From positions 1,536,001-1,600,000 of the forward strand of contig OZ220696.1 of assembly GCA_965116495.1 (NCBI GenBank): a DNA stretch of 64,000 bases, read 5' to 3'. Both the position numbers and the translations under genes were made by a program. The stretch is from Gammaproteobacteria bacterium. Lineage in GTDB: Bacteria > Pseudomonadota > Gammaproteobacteria > Eutrophobiales > Eutrophobiaceae. Positions within the stretch are counted from its first letter, which is position 1. Every line of letters starts with the position of its first letter. This document shows positions 17,659 to 26,776 of this stretch, piece after piece. The notes under the pieces were generated by a model, which was not told the DNA's origin, did not search any database, and was given only the letters and a program-made list of their open reading frames with translations.

Positions 17659-20076
17659 ATGTATTATACTGTGTGTCGGACAGTTACCGCCATGAATCCA
17701 GCCAGTCACCCAAAATCAACGCCTTGCAGATACATCAGCAATCTTGTGTCGATATTCGTTAAAACCCTGCTGGTTTTGTTTGCCACCCTGCCCGCTTTGC
17801 TGCATGCGGAAATAATCCCGGGAAATCCGGCTACAGGAGAATTCGAACTCGACCTGGGCCCACAGGGAAAAGAACTTAACCGGGACCTGTACGGATACGG
17901 TAGCCTGCCGGAACAGGGAAATATAGAGGCCGGTGAATGGGGTACCTGGGAACTTGTTTATCATGTCGGACGCCTGGGTGTGGATGACGGCGGACGCATC
18001 TTCCTGCTGTTCAATGCCGTAGCGGACTGGGGTTCGTTTCAATTTGACAATCCCGGGGGCGCCGGGTATGTGTCCGTACGCACGGATGGGAATGCCCGGG
18101 TGTTTGCCCATGGAAACTCGCGCCATGCAGGACCCAGACCCTACTGGGGCGGCATTGTAATAACCGTCCGGGAAGGTAACCTCATCATGGGAGATAAAGT
18201 GTTTATCAGGCTCGGCGATCAAAGCGGCGGCAGTCCCGGCATACGCGCACCTACAATCGTTTCGCACCTTGCCCATGAATTCCGCTTTATGGTGGATCCG
18301 CTGAACGCGGTCAATCCTGTTCGAGTGAACGATTCGCCCAGCACCAGTATCATCGGTGGTGAAACCGTCAGGTTACAGGCCCTGTGGCCGTCTGAAGCCA
18401 CCTCCGGGGGGCGCACATGGCTGCTGGTCAAAGCCAAGGACAGGTGGGGCAACCCGGCGGAATCGTACAACGGAATCATCAGGATCAGCGCGCCGGGATC
18501 CATGAACCTCCCGGCCACTTACGGCTTCACGGAAAATGACAAGGGTTATCATCGATTTGAGGATATCCCCGTTCTGGAAACCGGTGAACACGTCATCGGA
18601 ATCTCAGACATCGGGAATAGCAAGCTGGCCGCGCAAACCAACATAATGACGGTTAAAAATGACGGCGACCTCCGCCCCTATTGCGGTGATCTGCACGGCC
18701 AGCATATTCGCGGTTCGTCCAACCTCAATCAATACGCCTCCTATGCCCGGGGCTTTGCCGGTATCGACTTCATGTCCTGGGCTGTCAATGATTTCCACAT
18801 AACCGGCGCAACCTGGGATGCTATCCAGAAAACCAGCAGGGAGTTCGATCAACCCGGCCGCTTCGTCGTATTTCCCGGTTATGAATGGTCGGGCATTACG
18901 GGGCGGGGCGGGGACCATAACGTCATCTACCTGACGGAAAACCAGCCGCTGTACCGTAGCGCCTACGTGGAAGAAGACCTGCGCGGCTACGATCACACCA
19001 TGGACCGCTACACGGTCGACTCGTTGATCAGGTCGCTTACAGCCGATAATGTATTCCTTATGCCGCACATCGGCGGTCGCCGGGCTAATCTTGATTATTA
19101 TGATCCCGCCATGATGCCGTTCATCGAGATCTATTCAGACCACGGTCAGTTTGAGTGGTTTCTTGAAGAAGCGTTAACACGCGGATTAAAGGTCGGGGTT
19201 ACAGCCAGCAGTGATGATGTATATGGAAAGCTGGGCGACTCAATCCCCGGTGTCAGGTTGTTTGCAGTACACGGCGGCCTGACATGCGTCTATGCAAAGG
19301 CCCTCAGCCGGCACGATCTGTGGCGGGCATTCAAGGCGCGGCGCGTCTACGGCACGACCGGCGAACGCATGCAGTTGCGATTTAAATCCGGCGATCACTG
19401 GCTGGGGGAAGAGATTAACGAGACAGAACCTCCCGTTTTTACCGTGGAAGCAGGCGGCACAGCAGGTATCGAGCGCATAGACATCATGCGCGGTACGGAG
19501 GTCGCTTATACTCACAGACCGAAGGCGGGGACAAACAATGACAGGATTAAGATTATCTGGCGCGGCGCGGCCTCAAGGGAAAGGGCGAGACAGACCATCT
19601 GGCGAGGAAAGATAAGGGTTGACGGGGCTGAAATAAAGAAGATCACACGATACCGGCTCGATTACCCCACCGAATTACTCGTGCAGGAAAGTGGTAATGC
19701 AGTCAGTTTCGATACCTTTACGGCAGGCGACGAGGATGGCGTGATCCTGGACCTGGATTCCACGGCTGCCGGAACGCTGTATTTTGATGCGATGATTAAC
19801 GCACGAAGCCAATTCGGCGCCGGCGGCAAGGAAAAAAATGCCGTCAACCTGGAGATACCACTAGTGGAAACAAGCGAGCGGGACCTGGTCTATGACACCG
19901 GCGGCATTGACCGGGAGATCGTTGTCAGAAAAGTGGCAAGCGATTATCCCGGACGCGTCACGTTTACCTGGACGGATAAGCAACTGCACAGTCAAACAAC
20001 GGCATACTGGGTGCGTGTTTTACAGGAAGACGGGGCAACAGCCTGGTCGAGTCCGATATTCGTTACTCCTGAATGA
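17659..20076 (+). CDS. DUF3604 / PHP-like metal-dependent protein, probably exported
   Basis: GDLHGQH, FPGYEWSG..GGDHNV, PHIGGR, ASSDD, RRVYGTTG, C-terminal AWSSPIF; start may be 17692. Confidence 0.8.
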   Translation: MYYTVCRTVTAMNPASHPKSTPCRYISNLVSIFVKTLLVLFATLPALLHAEIIPGNPATGEFELDLGPQGKELNRDLYGYGSLPEQGNIEAGEWGTWELVYHVGRLGVDDGGRIFLLFNAVADWGSFQFDNPGGAGYVSVRTDGNARVFAHGNSRHAGPRPYWGGIVITVREGNLIMGDKVFIRLGDQSGGSPGIRAPTIVSHLAHEFRFMVDPLNAVNPVRVNDSPSTSIIGGETVRLQALWPSEATSGGRTWLLVKAKDRWGNPAESYNGIIRISAPGSMNLPATYGFTENDKGYHRFEDIPVLETGEHVIGISDIGNSKLAAQTNIMTVKNDGDLRPYCGDLHGQHIRGSSNLNQYASYARGFAGIDFMSWAVNDFHITGATWDAIQKTSREFDQPGRFVVFPGYEWSGITGRGGDHNVIYLTENQPLYRSAYVEEDLRGYDHTMDRYTVDSLIRSLTADNVFLMPHIGGRRANLDYYDPAMMPFIEIYSDHGQFEWFLEEALTRGLKVGVTASSDDVYGKLGDSIPGVRLFAVHGGLTCVYAKALSRHDLWRAFKARRVYGTTGERMQLRFKSGDHWLGEEINETEPPVFTVEAGGTAGIERIDIMRGTEVAYTHRPKAGTNNDRIKIIWRGAASRERARQTIWRGKIRVDGAEIKKITRYRLDYPTELLVQESGNAVSFDTFTAGDEDGVILDLDSTAAGTLYFDAMINARSQFGAGGKEKNAVNLEIPLVETSERDLVYDTGGIDREIVVRKVASDYPGRVTFTWTDKQLHSQTTAYWVRVLQEDGATAWSSPIFVTPE

Positions 20077-20124
20077 TTCGATAGCTGATCTCTCCCCGTA
20101 AAAGAAGATTTTCGTCCAATCCAG

Positions 20125-20505
20125 CTAAAAAAACAGGGCTGGACTTATATTGAATCGTTTACTTAATGCTTCAATATGATTACGCGTCAGCCTGCGTTCA
20201 CCGCTTAATATTCTGGATACCAGTGATTTACTCCCAATCTCCGGCAGGTCGGCTACCCCGGGTTTATGTTGTTCCATAATGACTCTCAGCGTTGTTATAC
20301 CACCGTTGAGTTTTTCAATACGGTCATTGAATGATTTAAACTCGGGAGATGTATCCTCCCAGCGAGCGATAGAAGCAGAAAGCATGTCAATAAGTGGTTT
20401 TTGGTTATCGTAATCCTCCATCAATTCATCCATAAGGGCCAAAGCCTGTGCATAGTCAGCCTCGTTGCTGATAATGAACTTCTGCATCTCATTCCACCCC
20501 GGCAT
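20125..20505 (-). CDS. HigA-type HTH antitoxin (orphan)
   Basis: NEADYAQALALMDEL..DLPEIGSKSLVSRILSGERRLTRNHIEALSKRFNISPALFF; start overlaps the hsdR end and is uncertain. Confidence 0.8.
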   Translation of the reverse strand: MPGWNEMQKFIISNEADYAQALALMDELMEDYDNQKPLIDMLSASIARWEDTSPEFKSFNDRIEKLNGGITTLRVIMEQHKPGVADLPEIGSKSLVSRILSGERRLTRNHIEALSKRFNISPALFF

Positions 20506-23500
20506 TCAATCTATCAAATATTTTTTTCATCATCAGTTCCTTGACAAGTCCTCCAAACGGTTGGTCTTCAATAATCTTTTCAAATATCTCCTGGTTCTGG
20601 TCCATTCTGTCAATCAGCTTGTCGATGAATATTTCTTCAAATGCGTATTTGAAGGTATCCAGTTTATTGACCCTGGCCTGGGTTTGCAGTTTGGCGTCCT
20701 GCATCAATTCTGTTTCTATCTGCTCAAAGAAAAGTCGGTCGGCTTCCTCAAACTCGGTGCCGAAACGGTCATTCAATACATCGATGATTTCTGATAAGGC
20801 CGCTTTCTCTTCTTTGCCGCGCTTGATGCCGGCTTCCGTCAAACCATCCAGTTCGCCTTCTTCGCCGGCTACCAGGTCGATAGAGCCATCATTGATTTTT
20901 TTCAGGCGATAGTATTCCAGGGCCACCTCATCGGTCAGCTTCATGCTTTCCGATAAATCGCGCTTCGGCAGCTTGGTCAGAAGCAATTTGGCATAGGCAT
21001 AGAACTTCTCAAACTCAACTTCACGAAAGGGCATGATCTGGGCCATGAAGGCATACAAATTGGTCCAGGTACGCAAACTCTTTTTGAACGCTTCCTGTTC
21101 CTCTTGCGTTTCGAGATTCTTATAACGATCTACCGCCGGGTCGATATGGCGGTATAACCGGGCCTGTGCGCCCGCGGTCATTCGTGTCGCCGGATTGAAA
21201 TACACCCTGGCCAGCGCGTCGACCTCCGTATCCAGGTAAATTTGCTGCTCGTCAAGTTTGGTCTTCAGGTCATACAGGTGGTTGGGCTCCGGCTCGTCGG
21301 TGACGGTCGTTATTTCGTAATAAGGCTGAAACGAATCCAGGATCGTCTGCCGGTCATTGACGAAATCCAGAATAAAGGTATCCTCTTTCCCCGGCGCGGT
21401 CCGGTTCAGGCGTGACAGGGTTTGTACCGCCCTGACACCGGCCAAGGCCTTGTCCACGTACATGGTATGCAGTAAAGGCTGGTCGAAACCGGTCTGGAAT
21501 TTATCTGCCGCAATCAGGATCTTGTAATCATCTTCGGCAAATTTCTGTGGGAGTTCTTTTTCACTGTAGCCCGTCAACTGTGGTTCCGTCACTCCTTCCG
21601 GAAAGTTGTCATCCTTTACCTTGCCGGAAAAGGCCACCAGAATTTTGATGTGTTGTTCGTAGCCATTTTTGTTGATATAGCGTTCAAGCTCTTCAAAGTA
21701 ACGTTTTGCGTGGAGACGTGAACCAGTTACCAACATGGCCTTGGCTTTTCCGCCAATCTTGCCGGCGACTACCTGCCGGAAATGTTCGACGATGATTTCT
21801 GTCTTCTGCGCCAGGTTATGCGGGTGCAGCGAGACAAAACGCCCCATCGCCTGTACGGCTTTCTTCTTGTTTAGCTTGGGGTCGTCTGCTATTGCCTTGC
21901 ACAGGTTGAAGTAGAGTTGATAGGTGGTGTAATGCTGCAATACATCCAGGATAAAGCCCTCTTCAATGGCCTGCCGCATTGAGTACAGGTGAAACGGTTG
22001 CGGCTTTCCCTGGGCATCTTTATAACCGAATACCGCCAGCGTTTTGTATTTTGGCGTCGCAGTAAAGGCAAAAAAGGACAAGTTGGATTGCGGCCCGCGA
22101 CTGGCGGCAGATTGTTCAATATAGTCAGTGACCATATCCTGTGAATCTATCCCTTCGTCTTCTTCCTCCTCGGCGGGTCCCGGATACGGTTCCTGCGCTT
22201 TCGATGAACCGTCGTCAGTCTCTTCCAACGCATTGGTATTACCCAACACCTGCTTCATCTTTTTGCTGGCTTCACCACCTTGTGAGCTATGGGCCTCGTC
22301 AATGATCACCGCATAGTTGCGGTCCGGAAGACTGCCCACCTTCTCGACGATAAACGAGAATTTCTGCAGCGTCGTAATGATGATATTTGCCCCACCGCCA
22401 ATGGCATCGGCCAGTTGCTGTGAGTCTTTATCGATGCGCTGTACCACACCTGATTTATGTTCAAACTGGTAGATGGTGTTTTGCAGTTGGGAATCCAGCA
22501 CCCGCCGGTCTGTCACCACAATCACGCTGTCAAAAATCCGTTGATCATCGGCATTGTGCAGACCGGATAAGCGGTAGGACAGCCAGGCGATGGAATTGCT
22601 TTTGCCGGAACCGGCTGAATGCTGGACCAGGTAATTCCGGCCCGCGCCATGCTCCTGCGCATGGCGGGTGATTTTCCGTACGGCATCCAACTGGTGGTAA
22701 CGCGGGAAAATCAGTGTTTCCTTTTTGCGGGTGCGTCCTTCAAACTCAAACTCTTCCGTCTGCAAGTGGATAAAGCGCCCGATGATCTCCAGCCAGCTTT
22801 CTTTGCTGAGAATGTCGCGCCACAGGTAATCGCTGCGATAGCCTGCCGGGTTGGGCGCATTGCCGGCGCCGTGGTGGTGGCCTTTGTTGAACGGCAACCA
22901 ATTGGTTTTGCCGCCATCAACGCGTGTGGTCATGTAAACGGCTTCATCATCCACCGCAAAGTGCACCAGGGCGCGTTTTCTGAAAGCAATCAACAACTCT
23001 TTATTATCGCGGGTGGCGCCGTACTGTTTTTTTGCATCTGCGGTACTTTGCCCGGTAAAGCGATTCTTCAATTCCAACGTCGCTACCGGCAGACCGTTCA
23101 GCGACAACACCAAATCCACCGAATTCCTGTTTTTCCCGCTGTAATAGACCTGCCGAATCACCTTGAGCCGATTCTGTTCATACAGCGCAAGCGTATCCGG
23201 GTTCAAGCCCGATTCCGGCTTGAAAAAAGCCATTTTAAAACGCACACCGTAATCGACAAAGCCATTGCGGATCACATCCAGCGCCCCGCGCAAGTCCATC
23301 TCCTTATATAGCCGTCCAACGATACGGTCGGATACATCCTCCCCATGAATCGCCGCAAGCCTGTCCCACTGTCTGGCCTGGGTCGTCTGCAAGAACTGTA
23401 ATACCTCCGCCTTGAACATGCCCAGTTCCGGGCTGTAGGCGCCGGCTTCGCCTTCGTGGTAACCCCCTGAAGCTACCAGGCTTTCAATGATGGCGGTTTC

Positions 23501-23527
23501 AAAGGTATTTTCGGACGTGACCTCCAT
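20489..23527 (-). CDS. hsdR: Type I restriction enzyme R subunit
   Basis: DLVLSLNGLPVATLELK nuclease motif; HSAGSGKS; DEAH; FTATP; QTLSRLNR. Confidence 0.95.
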   Translation of the reverse strand: MEVTSENTFETAIIESLVASGGYHEGEAGAYSPELGMFKAEVLQFLQTTQARQWDRLAAIHGEDVSDRIVGRLYKEMDLRGALDVIRNGFVDYGVRFKMAFFKPESGLNPDTLALYEQNRLKVIRQVYYSGKNRNSVDLVLSLNGLPVATLELKNRFTGQSTADAKKQYGATRDNKELLIAFRKRALVHFAVDDEAVYMTTRVDGGKTNWLPFNKGHHHGAGNAPNPAGYRSDYLWRDILSKESWLEIIGRFIHLQTEEFEFEGRTRKKETLIFPRYHQLDAVRKITRHAQEHGAGRNYLVQHSAGSGKSNSIAWLSYRLSGLHNADDQRIFDSVIVVTDRRVLDSQLQNTIYQFEHKSGVVQRIDKDSQQLADAIGGGANIIITTLQKFSFIVEKVGSLPDRNYAVIIDEAHSSQGGEASKKMKQVLGNTNALEETDDGSSKAQEPYPGPAEEEEDEGIDSQDMVTDYIEQSAASRGPQSNLSFFAFTATPKYKTLAVFGYKDAQGKPQPFHLYSMRQAIEEGFILDVLQHYTTYQLYFNLCKAIADDPKLNKKKAVQAMGRFVSLHPHNLAQKTEIIVEHFRQVVAGKIGGKAKAMLVTGSRLHAKRYFEELERYINKNGYEQHIKILVAFSGKVKDDNFPEGVTEPQLTGYSEKELPQKFAEDDYKILIAADKFQTGFDQPLLHTMYVDKALAGVRAVQTLSRLNRTAPGKEDTFILDFVNDRQTILDSFQPYYEITTVTDEPEPNHLYDLKTKLDEQQIYLDTEVDALARVYFNPATRMTAGAQARLYRHIDPAVDRYKNLETQEEQEAFKKSLRTWTNLYAFMAQIMPFREVEFEKFYAYAKLLLTKLPKRDLSESMKLTDEVALEYYRLKKINDGSIDLVAGEEGELDGLTEAGIKRGKEEKAALSEIIDVLNDRFGTEFEEADRLFFEQIETELMQDAKLQTQARVNKLDTFKYAFEEIFIDKLIDRMDQNQEIFEKIIEDQPFGGLVKELMMKKIFDRLNAGVE

Positions 23528-25209
23528 CAATCCACGCGCCAGGTTCTTACCGCCTGGTCAGCAAGCCAGGATTGATAATGGTTCAGGTTTGCCAGGTCCC
23601 AATGATCATATTCGGCCACTTTCCTGGCCAGCCTGAAAGGAGTCTTCAGGTAATGCACTTTCTTGGCGTCAAAGTCAGCCTGTCCGAGATCATCCTGTTC
23701 CAGCAACACCATATTGCCCAACCGGTCTGCAATGTCATTCGCCCCCTCGCCAAAATCCTGGTGCCACGCCTGCTCCGGATTGTAAGGACAAACGTGCTCA
23801 AGCGTCGTATCGAGGTATCTCACGTTACGACCTGCGTTATTTTCTATCTCGGCCAGCAAAAAGCGGATTTTTTTGGATGAGCGGCGGCTTGGCATTTTGT
23901 AGTACTCAAAGATATTTTTGAATGCCTCATCAGCCGGGTAGAGCGCCTGGTAATCGGGGCTGTTCTTGATATGGCTGGCGCGCTGAAATTCCCCTTCGGC
24001 TATCTTTATGGCTATGTTGTTATAACGTTTTTCCTGTTCGCTGGGGGAAAAACTGCAAATCACGTTGTAGCGGATAGATAAGACGTAAAGATATTTCAGC
24101 GTTTTAATAAACTCATCCGGCGAGAAATCCCGAAGAAATGCCGCCATTAATATCGTATAGGGTTGTCGGATACCAAACAGCTTCAAGCCATCCAGGAAAT
24201 GAACGGCCTCCCGGTATTTGCCGTCTTCCTGTTGCCACCACTCATCATAAGGGTTGGATAAAGACGCATAGACCGGAACCGCCTCCGTTAATGCTCTTAA
24301 ATAGCCATGCGCATTTTCGGGTGTTCTGTAAAGCTGCCTGACGGATTTAAACAACTCCTTCTTGCTTACCAGGGGACGATGGGAATTATGCTGGTAGCGG
24401 ACAAAATCAGTGAAGTCATTTTCGCCCAGTTGCGTCAGGATAGCTGACCATGTTTCATCAAGCTCATCCAGCATTTCGTCGGGCACGTCATCATTTTGGG
24501 TGACTACCGAAAAAATATAGTTTTTCAACAAATCAGGCGTGGAAAGCTGCACTCCCCTGGCATTTAATGTTTCAAATACCTTGTAAGCATTCAGGCTGTC
24601 TTGCACCACAATTTTTGTAAAAATCAACCTGGATGAAAAGCTGTTGATAAACTCACCGATTTCCTCGCCAGTGTTACCTGTGTTTTTGTCGCAGAAAAAA
24701 TTGAATGCCCATCTCAGCAGGTTGTTGGTTGCGGTAATGCCCCGGACCTGGGGCGGACGCAGGTTGGAACAGATATCTTTGTAGAAACGCCCATTATTGC
24801 GGTTCAGCGTCAGCCTGCTGCTCACTCTTAATGAGACGATGTCTTTCGACCCGATATAGCGCCCGGTAATTTCCTGCAAACGTTCCAGGTTGTTTTCGGC
24901 ATCTTCATTGTTATCGATTAAGCGCTGAATATGTTGCATCGTGGCCAAGACCAACAAAGACAGTGTAACCAGGCGTTGTTGTCCGTCTATCACCTCAAAA
25001 TCCTGCTGGCTTTTACGTTGCAACACGATATAGCCCATATAGTGGAAGCCTTCCTGGTCCAGACCTTCGATATCCGCCCACAGGTCTTCCCACTGTTCCT
25101 GTTCCCACGAGTAATCCCGCTGGAAACGCGGCACAGTATATTTAACCCCGTTACTCAGCAGCTCGGAAAAGGTCTGGTTGGCAGGTTCCATTAGCATAAA
25201 TTCGCTCAT
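23527..25209 (-). CDS. DUF262 + DUF1524 protein (GmrSD-like)
   Basis: VPRFQRDYSW, IDGQQRL, FETLNARG, TLEHVCP..LGNMVLL. Confidence 0.88.
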   Translation of the reverse strand: MSEFMLMEPANQTFSELLSNGVKYTVPRFQRDYSWEQEQWEDLWADIEGLDQEGFHYMGYIVLQRKSQQDFEVIDGQQRLVTLSLLVLATMQHIQRLIDNNEDAENNLERLQEITGRYIGSKDIVSLRVSSRLTLNRNNGRFYKDICSNLRPPQVRGITATNNLLRWAFNFFCDKNTGNTGEEIGEFINSFSSRLIFTKIVVQDSLNAYKVFETLNARGVQLSTPDLLKNYIFSVVTQNDDVPDEMLDELDETWSAILTQLGENDFTDFVRYQHNSHRPLVSKKELFKSVRQLYRTPENAHGYLRALTEAVPVYASLSNPYDEWWQQEDGKYREAVHFLDGLKLFGIRQPYTILMAAFLRDFSPDEFIKTLKYLYVLSIRYNVICSFSPSEQEKRYNNIAIKIAEGEFQRASHIKNSPDYQALYPADEAFKNIFEYYKMPSRRSSKKIRFLLAEIENNAGRNVRYLDTTLEHVCPYNPEQAWHQDFGEGANDIADRLGNMVLLEQDDLGQADFDAKKVHYLKTPFRLARKVAEYDHWDLANLNHYQSWLADQAVRTWRVD

Positions 25210-26507
25210 GCGGTTGCCTCCTGGGTTGGTAATTCCGGTACTTTAATCTTGCCTGTGACTACCTCGGAAATCAACGCGGTTCGGTATTCTTTCTGGAGTT
25301 CGATGATGCGTTGGGTTTTGGTGATTTTGGTGTCTATGCGGGCGGTTTCGGTTTTAATATATTGAACAATGGCAGTTTGCTCTTTTGGCGATGGAATAAT
25401 AACTTCTAAACTGCCAATGGCATCTTGTGAGATAGTGCTCATTGTTGTTGTAATTGATAAAGAAATCAGTTTATGTCTCAACAAATCAGAATTTAGGTAA
25501 TAGTTTAAATATTGATGGGCTATGTCTTCAGGAGTGACCTTTATAAGATGACATTCAAAAACAATCGATTCATTTCTCCCTTCAAGGCATGCTGTCTTTG
25601 CTATACCCTCTCGTTTCAACGATGATCTGACAAAAAAAATGTCTCCGGCAATTACCTCGTATTTAGTTACCTCACTTGCAGTACACGCAACTCTTTCCAG
25701 TGAGCTTTCATCAATTAAAAAGTTATGTGTATAAACATCACCAACATTGATCAGTTTAATTCCACTACCAAAATCTGTGGATTTCTTAAAAATACCGTTT
25801 TGTAAACCGTGTTTAGTTACATACTTCAGATTCTTAAGCTTCCACCCCACCGGAATTTCGCCTAACCACTCAACCCCGCTATCTTTGAGTTCTGCGTTGG
25901 GGTCGAGGCCTTTGGTGACGGCGTGGTTGATAATGGCGGTCTTTTCTTCCTCGTACAGTTCCAGTAAACGCTCTTTTTGGGCGATCAGCGCATCAACCTC
26001 TGCTGTCTTGCGGTCAAGAAAGTTGGCGATGGTGGTTTGTTCCTCCAGCAAAGGCCACGGAATGAATAGATTGCAAATAGCTTCAACCGAAAGCCCCGGC
26101 TGTGCCGCAGCAACAGAATATTGATTCAGATTCATAATGCGTAATACTTCACCCAGCCAAACAAGTTTGTAATTCGATAGTGGTTCAACTACAACAGCAT
26201 GATCAGTAGCCCAAAACTTATTGGCTGGATAATTAATATTTCCGCAAAGAGCACCTTGGCGGCCTATTAGAATGAAGTCACCTTCATGGGTAAATTCATG
26301 GTAATAACCACGAAGTCCATTTCCGCCATATACTGGATATGCGCCATCTTCTTTAATTTGATTAGATGTTAAATTATCGCCGGATTTTAGATTTGCAACA
26401 TACTTCAACTTCTTAATTTCCCAGTCCATCGGAATCTCCCCAATCCAGCCAATCCCACTATCCTTCATTAACGGATAATGTCTAATGGAAAATTCTGAAT
26501 TTTGCAT
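25206..26507 (-). CDS. hsdS: Type I restriction enzyme specificity subunit
   Basis: KDSG(I/V)(G/E)W(I/L)GEIP repeated; two AT-rich TRDs; EQTTIANFLD; EYRTALISEVVTGK. Confidence 0.95.
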   Translation of the reverse strand: MQNSEFSIRHYPLMKDSGIGWIGEIPMDWEIKKLKYVANLKSGDNLTSNQIKEDGAYPVYGGNGLRGYYHEFTHEGDFILIGRQGALCGNINYPANKFWATDHAVVVEPLSNYKLVWLGEVLRIMNLNQYSVAAAQPGLSVEAICNLFIPWPLLEEQTTIANFLDRKTAEVDALIAQKERLLELYEEEKTAIINHAVTKGLDPNAELKDSGVEWLGEIPVGWKLKNLKYVTKHGLQNGIFKKSTDFGSGIKLINVGDVYTHNFLIDESSLERVACTASEVTKYEVIAGDIFFVRSSLKREGIAKTACLEGRNESIVFECHLIKVTPEDIAHQYLNYYLNSDLLRHKLISLSITTTMSTISQDAIGSLEVIIPSPKEQTAIVQYIKTETARIDTKITKTQRIIELQKEYRTALISEVVTGKIKVPELPTQEATA

Positions 26508-26776
26508 TATTGGACTCTCAGTTTACTGCGCACCCGAAAGCCAACCGCCAGAATCATCTCCAGCGAATAGTGGATAACCTGATATTTCTTTCCGTCAGCG
26601 GCAGTTGTAAAGTAATTCTTTACAACTGAATGTTCATCTAACTCCCTTTCATTCAGTATGTTAGCGACATGTTGCCCCTGGCTCATCCAGACCATGCCAT
26701 CCCGCGCATGGAGCTCGACACTGGCCTTGCCGTCTGCGGTGTTATAAATAATGATATTTTGCTGTTCCTGGTTCAT
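26507..26776 (-). pseudogene. Truncated RhuM-family protein
   Basis: IIIYNTADG..VWMSQ..TTAADGKKYQVIHYSLEMILAVGFRVRS, then stops at 89 aa; apparent internal deletion after MSQ. Confidence 0.75.
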
